Of a stretch of DNA of 37,980 bases, positions 9,964-18,834 are shown piece by piece. Source of the DNA: Nitriliruptoraceae bacterium (GTDB lineage: Bacteria; Actinomycetota; Nitriliruptoria; Nitriliruptorales; Nitriliruptoraceae); the NCBI GenBank assembly GCA_041688045.1, contig JBDNIX010000254.1, positions 1-37,980 on the forward strand. The letters are read 5' to 3'. Each line of letters starts with the position of its first letter. Positions within the stretch are counted from its first letter, which is position 1. A program made the position numbers and the translations under genes. The notes under the pieces were generated by a model. The model was not told the origin of the DNA and ran no database searches. It saw nothing but the letters and a program-made list of their open reading frames with translations.

Positions 9964-11097
9964 TCAGGCGTACACGGCGTCGGCGAGCGCGACGGCACGC
10001 ACGGTTTCGGCCACGTCGTGCACCCGCACGATGCGGGCACCTCCGGCCACCGCGAGTGTCGCAGCCGCCAGCGATCCCTCCAGCCGATCGACCGGGTCGG
10101 ACACTCCGGTCAACCGCCCGATGAAGGATTTCCTGGACGCCCCGATCAGCACCGGACGGCCCAGCGACGTCAGTTCACGGACGCGGCGGAGCAACGCCAG
10201 ATTGTGCTCGAGCGCTTTGCCGAACCCGATCCCCGGATCGACCATGACCTTGTTCGGGTCGATGCCGGCCACCTGCAGACGAGCCAGGCCCGCAGCCAGG
10301 TGCTCGAACACCTCCGCCACCACGTCGGTGTAGGTCGGGTCCTGCTGCATGGTGCGGGGTGTCCCGCGCATGTGCATCAGCACATAGGGCACGCCCAGTT
10401 CCGCCACGGAGGGCAGCAGGTCCGGGTCCACGGTCCCCGCCGAGACGTCGTTGACGATGGCTGCGCCCTCCGCGACGGCGGCCCGGGCGACAGCTGCCTT
10501 GGTCGTGTCGATGCTGACCACTACCCCGTCGTCGGCGAGCGCCCGCACGACCGGGACCGTGCGCGCCAGTTCCAACGCCTCCAGGACGGGTTGCGCGCCC
10601 GGCCGTGTGGACTCCCCCCCGACGTCGATCACGTCGGCACCTTCGGTGACCATGCGTCGACCGGCAGCCACAGCCGGGGCCAGGTCGCCGCTCTTCGGGA
10701 GGAACGTGCCGCCGTCGGAGAACGAATCCGGGGTGACGTTCAGGACTCCCTGGATCACGGTCCGGGACCCGGTGGGCAACGGTGTGCGGCTGTGCCCGAG
10801 CGGCAGATCCTTCGGGCCGTCCAACCATGCCGCCACGGCGGCGGTGATGATGATGGCAGCCACGTCGACGCCGCCGGCGTTCCCCGTGCCGCCGACCGCA
10901 GCCGCCACGTGGTCCGGTCGCGCGGTGACGGTCAGCGAACGATCCTCGAGGCGCAGGGACGCTGCGGCGTGTGACAGGGCCGTTGCGACACGGTCGGCAT
11001 CGGGCAGGTTGCTCAGAGACAGGCGCGCGGGCCCGCCACCGGGCACGAGGCTCGCGTCGATGACACGGACGGTCACGAGTGCGGAGGGGTCGCTCAC
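9964..11097 (-). CDS. folP: Dihydropteroate synthase with an apparent N-terminal extension (start uncertain)
   Basis: The core VIQGVLNVTPDSFSDGG...DVIDVGGESTRPG...ISIDT...IVNDVS...MHMRG...DPGIGFGK is canonical DHPS. The same frame stays open with G/C-rich third positions for about 112 codons upstream, to GTG 11097, which is 54 nt after the folE stop. Confidence 0.85.
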   Translation of the reverse strand: MSDPSALVTVRVIDASLVPGGGPARLSLSNLPDADRVATALSHAAASLRLEDRSLTVTARPDHVAAAVGGTGNAGGVDVAAIIITAAVAAWLDGPKDLPLGHSRTPLPTGSRTVIQGVLNVTPDSFSDGGTFLPKSGDLAPAVAAGRRMVTEGADVIDVGGESTRPGAQPVLEALELARTVPVVRALADDGVVVSIDTTKAAVARAAVAEGAAIVNDVSAGTVDPDLLPSVAELGVPYVLMHMRGTPRTMQQDPTYTDVVAEVFEHLAAGLARLQVAGIDPNKVMVDPGIGFGKALEHNLALLRRVRELTSLGRPVLIGASRKSFIGRLTGVSDPVDRLEGSLAAATLAVAGGARIVRVHDVAETVRAVALADAVYA

Positions 11098-11150
11098 GGG
11101 GTGCAGGGGCCTCGTGGTTGGAGGGCCGTGAGCGTAGACGTGACCGGGGT

Positions 11151-11834
11151 TCAGCCGCGCAGCAGCGTGAGGGCCTCTGCGCGTGTGGAGGGATCGTCGC
11201 GGAAGACGCCGCGGACCGTCGAGGTCACCGTCTCGGCACCGGCCTTGCGGATACCGCGCATCTCCATGCAGAAGTGGCGCGCTTCGACGACGACCATCAC
11301 TCCCCGCGGTTCCAGGGCCGTCTCCAGGGCGTCGGCGATCATCGCCGTCATGCGCTCCTGCAGGCCGGGCCGCTTCGCGCAGACATCCACGACACGGGCC
11401 AGCTTCGACAAGCCGGTCACCTTGCCGTCCGCATTGGGCAGGTAGGCCACGTGCGCCGTCCCCGTGAACGGCACGAGGTGGTGCTCGCACATCGAGTAGA
11501 ACGGGATGTCACGCATCATGACGATCTCGTCGTACGCCTCGTCGAAGGTGACCGACAGGACGTCGACCGGGTCCACGAGCAGTCCCGCGAAGATCTCGTC
11601 GTACTCCCGGGCGACACGCGCCGGAGTATCCACGATCCCCGGGCGGTCGGGATCCTCGCCGATGGCCTCGAGCAGCATGCGTACGGCCTGCTCGATCTTT
11701 TCGTGGTCGAAGACGCCGCGCGGTTCGATCCCGGTGATGTGTCGCACTCGTGCCATCGCTTCCTGGTGCGGTTCGGGGTCGGCGTGGTCATCCAACTCGG
11801 CGACGCGGGGCTGCGGCAGGGGATGCACGGTCAC
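11151..11834 (-). CDS. folE: GTP cyclohydrolase I
   Basis: [44 protein letters not shown] and RPGLQERMT blocks. GGAGG lies 6 nt upstream of GTG 11834. Confidence 0.93.
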   Translation of the reverse strand: MTVHPLPQPRVAELDDHADPEPHQEAMARVRHITGIEPRGVFDHEKIEQAVRMLLEAIGEDPDRPGIVDTPARVAREYDEIFAGLLVDPVDVLSVTFDEAYDEIVMMRDIPFYSMCEHHLVPFTGTAHVAYLPNADGKVTGLSKLARVVDVCAKRPGLQERMTAMIADALETALEPRGVMVVVEARHFCMEMRGIRKAGAETVTSTVRGVFRDDPSTRAEALTLLRG

Positions 11835-11893
11835 GGTGAACCTCCGGGCCAGGCGGGAGCGACTGACGTCGCACGGGTACCCGCGCTCGTGAC

Positions 11894-13966
11894 CTACTTC
11901 GGCGCCGTGCCTTCGCTGGACGATTCCGCCTGGTCACCCGTCCGCTCCGCCGAGTGACCGTTGTTGTGGCCGTTCGAACCGTGCCCGTTGGTCGTCGCGA
12001 TCCGCCGCAGGGCCCGAATGACGTTGGCCGGTTCGTCGGCCAGGGGCGCGTGCAGTGCTCGACTGCGCCGCTCCCGCGCCGGCGTGAGGACCTCCTTGAG
12101 CCGCTCGCCCTCCACGGTTTCGTGTTCGAGAAGAGCCTGCGCCAGGGCTTCGAGCGCGTCGTTGTTCTCGACGAGGACCTCCAGCGCCTCGTCGTGCGCC
12201 TCGTCGAGCAGCTGCCGGACCTCTTCGTCGATCTGGAACGCCACCTGGCCGGAATAGTCGGGCTCATGACCGAAATCCCGGCCGAGGAAGGGCTGGGATT
12301 CCGACTGCCCGAGCTTGATCGGTCCAAGCCGCGGGCTCATGCCGTAGGCCGTGATCATCTCGCGGGCCAGTGCGGTGGCCTTCTCGATGTCGTTGGACGC
12401 GCCGGTGGTGATGTCCCCGATCTTGATCGACTCGGCGACACGGCCGCCCAACATCATCGCGAGCTTGTCCATCAGCTCCGCACGGGTCTGGTACGCGCGG
12501 TCCTCGGTCGGCAGCGCCATCGTGTACCCACCGGCCCGACCGCGCGGGATGATCGTGATCTTGTGGATCGGGTCGGCGTGCGGCAGCGCATGGCCGACGA
12601 TCGCGTGTCCAGCCTCGTGGTAGGCGGTGATGGTGCGTTCGCGCTCGCTCATCAGGCGGGTCTTGCGCTCCGGGCCCGCGATGACGCGGTCGATGGCCTC
12701 GGCCAGTTCCGATGCGCCGATCTCCTGTTTGCCGAAGCGCGCAGCCAGCAGCGCCCCTTCGTTGATGAGGTTGGCCAGGTCGGCGCCGGTGAACCCCGGC
12801 GTCTGGCGCGCGAGGACCTGCAGGTCGACATCGTCGCCCAGCGGCTTGCCGCGGCCGTGGACCTCCAGGATCTGCCGGCGACCGACCAGGTCGGGACGAT
12901 CGATCACGATCTGCCGGTCGAAGCGACCCGGACGCAGCAGTGCCGGGTCGAGGATGTCGGGACGGTTGGTGGCGGCGATGAGGATGACCGTCGTGCGCGG
13001 GTCGAACCCGTCCATCTCGACGAGCAGCTGGTTCAGGGTCTGCTCACGTTCGTCGTGCCCACCACCCATTCCGGCGCCGCGGTGGCGACCGACGGCGTCG
13101 ATCTCGTCGACGAAGATGATGGCCGGCGCATTGGCCTTCGCCTGTTCGAACAGGTCGCGCACACGGCTCGCGCCGACACCCACGAACATCTCCACGAAGT
13201 CGGACCCGGAGATCGCGAAGAACGGCACGCCGGCCTCGCCCGCGACCGCACGGGCCAGCAGTGTCTTGCCGGTTCCGGGGGGTCCGAACAACAGCACGCC
13301 CTTGGGGATCTTGGCCCCCATCTTCTGGAACTTCTCCGGGCTCTCGAGGAACTCCTTGATCTCGCGCAGTTCCTCGACAGCCGAATCGGCGCCCGCGACG
13401 TCGCTGAACGTCACCTTGGGGGCGTCCTTGGAGACCTGCTTGGCCTTGGACTTGCCGAATTGCATGACGCGGCCGCCGCCACCCTGCATGTTCTGCATCA
13501 ACAGGAAGAAGACGACGAGGATCAGCAGGAACGGCAGCACGGTGATGAGCAACGTGCTGAGCGTGCCGGACTGCTCCGCATCGAATTCGACGGCGCCGAT
13601 CAGGCCCCGATCGATCCAGGTGGCGAGCTGATCGGCGTTGATGTCCCGGTTGTAGGTCGTGGTGAACGGGACCGCGCCGCCGGAATCCTGACGTTCGCCT
13701 TCAATGGTGTCGGACCGGTTGCCGATCGTGGTCTGGAGGTCCTGCCCCCGGAGTTCCCCGCCTTCGACGGCCTCCTGGAACTCCGACCACGTCAGTTCGG
13801 TCGGCGCCGACGCCTGCTGGACGAAGCTCACTCCCAGCCACAATGCGGCTGCCAGAGCGAGAATCCAGGGCAGGGGTCCCCGAAGCAGGCGCTGGGCCGG
13901 CTTCGCGTCCGGATCGGGACCGGACCTCTTGCTGAACTTGTTGCCGGGTTTCTGGCCGGGTTTCAC
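11894..13966 (-). CDS. ftsH: ATP-dependent zinc metalloprotease FtsH
   Basis: Two N-terminal TM segments, Walker [12 protein letters not shown], the SRH region and zinc site HEAGHAI. The C-terminal tail is Asn/Gly/His-rich. Confidence 0.97.
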   Translation of the reverse strand: MKPGQKPGNKFSKRSGPDPDAKPAQRLLRGPLPWILALAAALWLGVSFVQQASAPTELTWSEFQEAVEGGELRGQDLQTTIGNRSDTIEGERQDSGGAVPFTTTYNRDINADQLATWIDRGLIGAVEFDAEQSGTLSTLLITVLPFLLILVVFFLLMQNMQGGGGRVMQFGKSKAKQVSKDAPKVTFSDVAGADSAVEELREIKEFLESPEKFQKMGAKIPKGVLLFGPPGTGKTLLARAVAGEAGVPFFAISGSDFVEMFVGVGASRVRDLFEQAKANAPAIIFVDEIDAVGRHRGAGMGGGHDEREQTLNQLLVEMDGFDPRTTVILIAATNRPDILDPALLRPGRFDRQIVIDRPDLVGRRQILEVHGRGKPLGDDVDLQVLARQTPGFTGADLANLINEGALLAARFGKQEIGASELAEAIDRVIAGPERKTRLMSERERTITAYHEAGHAIVGHALPHADPIHKITIIPRGRAGGYTMALPTEDRAYQTRAELMDKLAMMLGGRVAESIKIGDITTGASNDIEKATALAREMITAYGMSPRLGPIKLGQSESQPFLGRDFGHEPDYSGQVAFQIDEEVRQLLDEAHDEALEVLVENNDALEALAQALLEHETVEGERLKEVLTPARERRSRALHAPLADEPANVIRALRRIATTNGHGSNGHNNGHSAERTGDQAESSSEGTAPK

Positions 13967-14097
13967 GATGCCTCACCTGACGGCCGGAGGGTGCGCAGGG
14001 CCTGTTCGGATCGACGCGAATGAAGGTTCGATGCTACCACCGGCCAGGGTTCGATCGGCCGGACACCTTCGCGCAGGCGGCGCACATCTTCAGAGCG

Positions 14098-14670
14098 TCA
14101 GGCGCCGCCGTAGACGTGGGGCTTGAGGCTGACGATGTCGGACAGCCCGCGATAGCGCTCGGCGAAGTCCAACCCGTACCCGACCACGAAGACATCGGGG
14201 ATCTCGAAACCGACGTAGCGCAGCGGCAGGTCCACCTCGCGGCGACTGGGCTTGGTCAACAACGAGAGCACTTCCAGGGTGGCCGGCCGTCGCGACCGCA
14301 GGTTCTTGAACAGGTAATCGAGCGTCAGGCCGGAGTCGACGATGTCCTCGACCAACAGCACGTGCTTGCCCTCGATGTCGGTGTCGAGGTCCTTCAGGAT
14401 GCGCACGGTACCCGACGAACTGGTTGCCGAGCCGTACGACGACACCGCCATGAAATCCATGGAACACGACACGTGCAGCCGACGGGCCAGGTCCGACATG
14501 ACGAAGATCGCGCCCTTCAGCACGCCGACGATGAGCACTTCCCGCCCGTCGTAGTCGCGGTCGACGTCGGTCGCCAGTTCGCTCAACCGCTGCCCGATCT
14601 GCTCCGCGGACAGCACCACGTCGTTGACATCGTCGCGCAATGGAGCAGGGATGTGGGCCAGATCCGGCAT
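14098..14670 (-). CDS. hpt: Hypoxanthine phosphoribosyltransferase
   Basis: VLLVEDIVDSGLTL PRPP-binding motif and the YVGFEIPDVFVVGYGLD block. ATG 14670 is used (190 aa); the track ORF is over-extended by 95 codons. Confidence 0.92.
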   Translation of the reverse strand: MPDLAHIPAPLRDDVNDVVLSAEQIGQRLSELATDVDRDYDGREVLIVGVLKGAIFVMSDLARRLHVSCSMDFMAVSSYGSATSSSGTVRILKDLDTDIEGKHVLLVEDIVDSGLTLDYLFKNLRSRRPATLEVLSLLTKPSRREVDLPLRYVGFEIPDVFVVGYGLDFAERYRGLSDIVSLKPHVYGGA

Positions 14671-14737
14671 GGCGGGTAAGCCTTGGTGATCGAAGACGGC
14701 GGGAGCTGCGGAGCCTAATCGGATCCCACCACCGCGT

Positions 14738-16189
14738 TCAGCCCGCGACGATCCGCAATTGCGTCGCCGCCGATCCCCGGCCGGCACGCAGAACCTCGTC
14801 GTCGGCCGCGTAGCCAGGGCTCCAGACGACCCGGCCGTCTGCACCCGTGACAACCGGCCAGATCTCACGTACCGCGCGCGGTACGCCCGCGTCCACCAGC
14901 ACGTCCTGAAGGTTGCGCGTCCCGCCCGCGGTACGGACCTGATCGCCTGGCGCACGGTGGCGCAGCGTCAGGTCCCCGATGTCGTCGGGAAGGGCGAGGA
15001 CCAGCCACGCGACGGTGGCACCCGGAGCGCGCACCGATGGCACGCGGTCGGTCGGCGGCGGCGCCCAGACGCCGGGTAACGACAACGCTGTCTGACGTCC
15101 AGGCACATCGAGGTGGTCCGGGCTCAGCCGGTCGATCGCGATGCCCGCCGGCGACCAGCCGGTCCGGCCCCGCGTACCGACGACGACCGGTTCGGACCGC
15201 GGAAGGCTGCGTGGCGCGAACGCACGCCACCCCCCCGCGGAGGTGACCTCGACCGGGCCCGGAAGGGAGGCGGCCGAACCATCGGGGAGGGCCAGCACCC
15301 GCGACACCGTGGCGGCGTCGGGTGCCTCGCCCCCAAGTTCTCCCAGCACCGCGCGAACGACCCGTCGGGCCAGGGCGGGCGCGCCCGGTCCGGTGGACAG
15401 GGCGTCAAGCCGTTGGTCGGCGATGGCGCGTACCGGTCCGACCCGGACCACCTCGGCGATCGCGGCCGCCGCGGCCTGGTCCAGCGCCGCCGCATCGGCG
15501 CGGGCCAGGTCCGCCAGGCGGGCCAGGCTCCCGATGGGATCGGGAGCGACCCGCGCCAGGACCGGCAGCAGTTCGTGACGGACGATCGCGCGCCGCACCT
15601 GCGGGTCCCGGTTCGTCGGATCCTCGACCGTGGGTAGCCCCTCCAGTTCGACGAAGCGATGGACGTCCTCGCGACGGGTGCGCAGCAGGGGCCGCACGAT
15701 CCCGTCGCGTACCGGTTCCATGGCCGCCAGTCCGTCGATCCCCGTGCCCCGCGCCAGGCGCAGGAGCACGGTCTCTGCCTGGTCATCCGCGGTGTGAGCG
15801 ACCAGGACGGCGCTGGCTCCACACGTCCGGGCAGCGTCCCGCAGCGCCGCATACCGCGCGTCTCGGGCTGCTGCCTCGGTGCCGCGCCCGTCACGTACCA
15901 CCTCGACGTCGCTGATGGTCAGGTCGAGGGCCAACCACTGAGCGTGGGTCGTGACCACCTCGACGTCCTGGCGATCGTCGCGGAGGCCGTGCCGGACGTG
16001 GACCAGTCGGAGGTCAAGGTCGGGGCGTGCTTCGGCGACCAGATGGGCCAGCGCGGAGGAGTCCGGACCACCGGAACAGGCGACGACCACCGTGTCCCGC
16101 AGGGACAGGACGCCCAGTGCGCGCGTCACCTCGGCGAGCAGTGCAGCTCGACCCTGGCCCGCCGGCAGGGGCCCCGGCGGGACGTCCAT
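14738..16189 (-). CDS. tilS: tRNA(Ile)-lysidine synthase
   Basis: N-terminal PP-loop VVACSGGPDSSAL and HTADDQAETVLLRLARG. The C-terminal substrate-binding region is long (483 aa in total). Confidence 0.9.
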   Translation of the reverse strand: MDVPPGPLPAGQGRAALLAEVTRALGVLSLRDTVVVACSGGPDSSALAHLVAEARPDLDLRLVHVRHGLRDDRQDVEVVTTHAQWLALDLTISDVEVVRDGRGTEAAARDARYAALRDAARTCGASAVLVAHTADDQAETVLLRLARGTGIDGLAAMEPVRDGIVRPLLRTRREDVHRFVELEGLPTVEDPTNRDPQVRRAIVRHELLPVLARVAPDPIGSLARLADLARADAAALDQAAAAAIAEVVRVGPVRAIADQRLDALSTGPGAPALARRVVRAVLGELGGEAPDAATVSRVLALPDGSAASLPGPVEVTSAGGWRAFAPRSLPRSEPVVVGTRGRTGWSPAGIAIDRLSPDHLDVPGRQTALSLPGVWAPPPTDRVPSVRAPGATVAWLVLALPDDIGDLTLRHRAPGDQVRTAGGTRNLQDVLVDAGVPRAVREIWPVVTGADGRVVWSPGYAADDEVLRAGRGSAATQLRIVAG

Positions 16190-16192
16190 CCC

Positions 16193-17269
16193 TCAGGCCG
16201 CGCGGACGCGGTGGAGCCAGCCGCTGGGGTCGGCGACCTCGTCGGCCGCAGGCAGGTGGTCGGCACCGGCGAAGGCGCGGTTGAGCCCGGGAATTCCGGC
16301 CAGGTCGATGACCTGGCGCACGAACGCCTCGCCGTCCTTGTACTGGCGGCGCTTCATCTCCAACCCGGCGACGGCGGTCAGGATCCTGGAGGTCACGTCG
16401 TTGCGGCGCGAAGCGATCGCCTCGCGCACGGCACCGGCGTCGGCAATCAGATCCGTGGGCGCCGCTGAATACATCGCCGCGTTGCCGTGGCCCTCCAACA
16501 GACTCATCAGTCCCTGCGCTTCGCTCACCACCTCGGCCTGCTCCGGCGTCAGGACCGCACCGAGGAGTGGCTGGATCGAACCCGTCCTGCGTGCTTCGGC
16601 GATCATCTCCGGAAGCCTGCCCGCCGCATCCCGGAGGGCGGACGCGTCCACGTCGGTGTGCTCGAGGTAGCGATCGACCAGCCCCCGTAGGTGGCCTTCC
16701 AACCACGGCGCCCCGTCGAATTGCAGCCGGTGGGTGACCTCGTGCAGGACGATCGCCCGGCGGATATCGGTCGCCAGCGGCCCGTGATGATCGACCAGGT
16801 CCAGGACGTTCGGACCCACGATCACCAGCTGGCCGCCGCCTGGTCCACCGAGTGGCAGGATGTACTGGCCCAGGACCTTGCCCGACAGCAGACCGAACAG
16901 CGCCCCGATCTGCGCGCCCATGACCTTGGCTGCACCCGGACGCTTGTCGAGCCGCTCGCGCAGCGGCTCGAACGTGCCTCGGATCGCCGTCAGGTTGGCG
17001 CGGACCCAGCCGGTCCGCCCGACCACCGTGGCGGTCGTCGGGGGGAGATCGGCGCCCAGTTCGGTCCACGCCCGGGCAGCGGCGTCGATACGCGGCAGGT
17101 CATCGGCCACTTCGGCCCGCAGCGCAGCGACCTGCTCGCGAGTGCTCCTGCGGCGAGGCGCCACCAGACTGGCGACACGTACCGCCATGTCCTCGTCGAT
17201 CAGAGGCGCAGGCGTACCGCTGTCCGCGCCGGCGGGCCAGCCCGCCATCGGGGCCGCGTCTTCCGTCAT
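16193..17269 (-). CDS. Zinc-dependent metalloprotease, DUF2342/Zincin_2-like
   Basis: HExxH motif in VLHEVTHRLQF. The overall layout is typical of the actinobacterial DUF2342 hydrolase found next to tilS. The ATG overlaps the upstream stop as ATGA. Confidence 0.7.
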   Translation of the reverse strand: MTEDAAPMAGWPAGADSGTPAPLIDEDMAVRVASLVAPRRRSTREQVAALRAEVADDLPRIDAAARAWTELGADLPPTTATVVGRTGWVRANLTAIRGTFEPLRERLDKRPGAAKVMGAQIGALFGLLSGKVLGQYILPLGGPGGGQLVIVGPNVLDLVDHHGPLATDIRRAIVLHEVTHRLQFDGAPWLEGHLRGLVDRYLEHTDVDASALRDAAGRLPEMIAEARRTGSIQPLLGAVLTPEQAEVVSEAQGLMSLLEGHGNAAMYSAAPTDLIADAGAVREAIASRRNDVTSRILTAVAGLEMKRRQYKDGEAFVRQVIDLAGIPGLNRAFAGADHLPAADEVADPSGWLHRVRAA

Positions 17270-17598
17270 GAAGACTCGGCGGCGCCCCGTGCGGGGCGCC
17301 GAACGAGCAGCCAGTACAGCAACCCGAGCAGCGACACCCCGACCAGGCCGGCGAAGGCCAACAGGAACGCCGCCCCGTAGGTGAAGGGAACGTCCGGGTT
17401 CTCGAAGCCGGCCAGTTCACGCGCCGGGTTGTCCTCATCGAGCCGATCCATCGGCTCGGGGCCCGCCGGCACGCCCTCCTCGACCGCCAGCACGATCTCG
17501 CCGCCGGCCAGACCCGATGGCACGTCGGCAGCAGCGGGCACGACGAACACGGCCAGGGCCAACATCGCGATGAGCGTGAGCCCGAGCACGCGGCGCAT
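17266..17598 (-). CDS. Small exported or membrane-anchored protein of unknown function (110 aa)
   Basis: MRRVLGLTLIAMLALAVFVVPAAA signal-like N-terminus, an acidic middle and a C-terminal TM segment (AAFLLAFAGLVGVSLLGLLYWLLV). AAGGAA lies upstream of ATG 17598. The track ORF is 55 codons longer. Confidence 0.55.
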   Translation of the reverse strand: MRRVLGLTLIAMLALAVFVVPAAADVPSGLAGGEIVLAVEEGVPAGPEPMDRLDEDNPARELAGFENPDVPFTYGAAFLLAFAGLVGVSLLGLLYWLLVRRPARGAAESS

Positions 17599-17640
17599 CG
17601 AGGGTTCCTTCGGGACGGATCGGCGGTCGGCGGCAGCGTA

Positions 17641-17688
17641 GCCGACGCTCGATGGCGGGCCGAAGCCGACGCTCGATGGCGGGCCGAA
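17641..17688. repeat. Perfect tandem duplication of a 24-nt unit
   Basis: GCCGACGCTCGATGGCGGGCCGAA occurs twice back to back, read directly. It lies in the divergent region between the long minus-strand array and the pirin gene. Confidence 0.9.
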
Positions 17689-17805
17689 GCCGCCGCCGAA
17701 CCACGATCGACAGGCCGCTGACGGTGTGGAATACAACCACCGTCGTGACCGTTGCATATACAACTACCCGCCGATACGCTGTCGGCGCATCCTGAGGAGA
17801 CCGCC

Positions 17806-18792
17806 ATGCCCGCCGTTGCCGTCGCTGACCTGTTGACCCTCCCCCGCATCCCCGCTCCCGATGCCGCGACCACGGACGAGCGGAACGTCCGATCCGTCAC
17901 CACGGCACCGCGCGGGTTCGAGGGCGAGGGCTTTCCCGTCCGGCGCGCCTTCCAGGGAGTCGACCTCGCCGACCTGGATCCGTTCATCCACCTCGATCAG
18001 ATGGGCGAGGTCGAGTACGCGCCCGGCGAGCCCAAGGGCACGTCGTGGCATCCACACCGAGGTTTCGAAACCGTCACCTACATGCTGGACGGCACGCTCG
18101 ACCATCAGGACTCCCAGGGTGGCGGCGGCACCATCACCGACGGCGACACACAGTGGATGACCGCCGGATCCGGGCTCCTGCACATCGAGGCACCGCCGGA
18201 ACACGTCGTGGTCACGGGTGGCCTGTTCCACGGGTTCCAGTTGTGGGTGAACCTTCCGGCGGAGAAGAAGTGGTCAGCGCCGCGTTACCAGGATCTCCGA
18301 GGTAGCGACGTGTCGCTCATGACCTCACACGACGGCGGCGCGCTGATCCGCTTGATCGCCGGGGACCTCGACGGGCACGCAGGACCGGGATCCACGTACA
18401 CGCCCATCACGCTCATTCACGCCACGCTCGAGCCGGGTGCGCAGCTGCGCCTACCCTGGCGCCACGACTTCAATGCGCTCGCCTACGTCCTGTCGGGCCG
18501 TGGCTCGATCGGTGCGGACCGCCGTGCCATCGGGATGGGCCAACTGGGCGTCTACGGCAAGGGCGACACCCTCACCCTGACCGCTGCGGAGTCGCAGGAG
18601 TCGCGTATGCCGAAGATGGACGTGCTGCTGCTCGGTGGCCAGCCCATCCGCGAGCCCGTCGCCTGGTACGGGCCGTTCGTCATGAACAACCGTGCAGAGC
18701 TCAAGCAGGCGTTCGACGATTTCCAGGCCGGCAGACTCGGCTCGATCCCGGTCATCCACGCCGGTGGAAACGTCGATCCCACCCGGGACTGA
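17806..18792 (+). CDS. Pirin-family protein (bicupin)
   Basis: SWHPHRGFETVTYMLDG and QWMTAGSGLLHIE motifs. GAGGAGA lies 5 nt upstream of ATG 17806. Confidence 0.88.
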   Translation: MPAVAVADLLTLPRIPAPDAATTDERNVRSVTTAPRGFEGEGFPVRRAFQGVDLADLDPFIHLDQMGEVEYAPGEPKGTSWHPHRGFETVTYMLDGTLDHQDSQGGGGTITDGDTQWMTAGSGLLHIEAPPEHVVVTGGLFHGFQLWVNLPAEKKWSAPRYQDLRGSDVSLMTSHDGGALIRLIAGDLDGHAGPGSTYTPITLIHATLEPGAQLRLPWRHDFNALAYVLSGRGSIGADRRAIGMGQLGVYGKGDTLTLTAAESQESRMPKMDVLLLGGQPIREPVAWYGPFVMNNRAELKQAFDDFQAGRLGSIPVIHAGGNVDPTRD

Positions 18793-18834
18793 ACAACCGT
18801 CCGGTCCCCGGTCAGGGCTTGCGTCGTCGGCTGC

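Noticed and set aside
9591-10040. N-terminal 150 codons of the 366-aa ORF 8940..10040; similarly 11098..11490 of ORF 9964..11490
   Set aside because: These extensions overlap folB and folE respectively in other frames and are Arg/Pro/Gly-rich junk. The GTG starts at 9590 (GTGA overlap) and at or below 11097 fit the operon structure.
11954-14023. 689-aa ORF on the plus strand
   Set aside because: It is antisense to ftsH, with no recognisable domains and the composition of an off-strand shadow.
17641-17688. Tandem repeats here and at 20365-20412 considered as CRISPR or minisatellite arrays
   Set aside because: The units are directly adjacent with no spacers, there are only 2 and 4 copies, and there are no cas genes. 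They are simple slipped-strand duplications.
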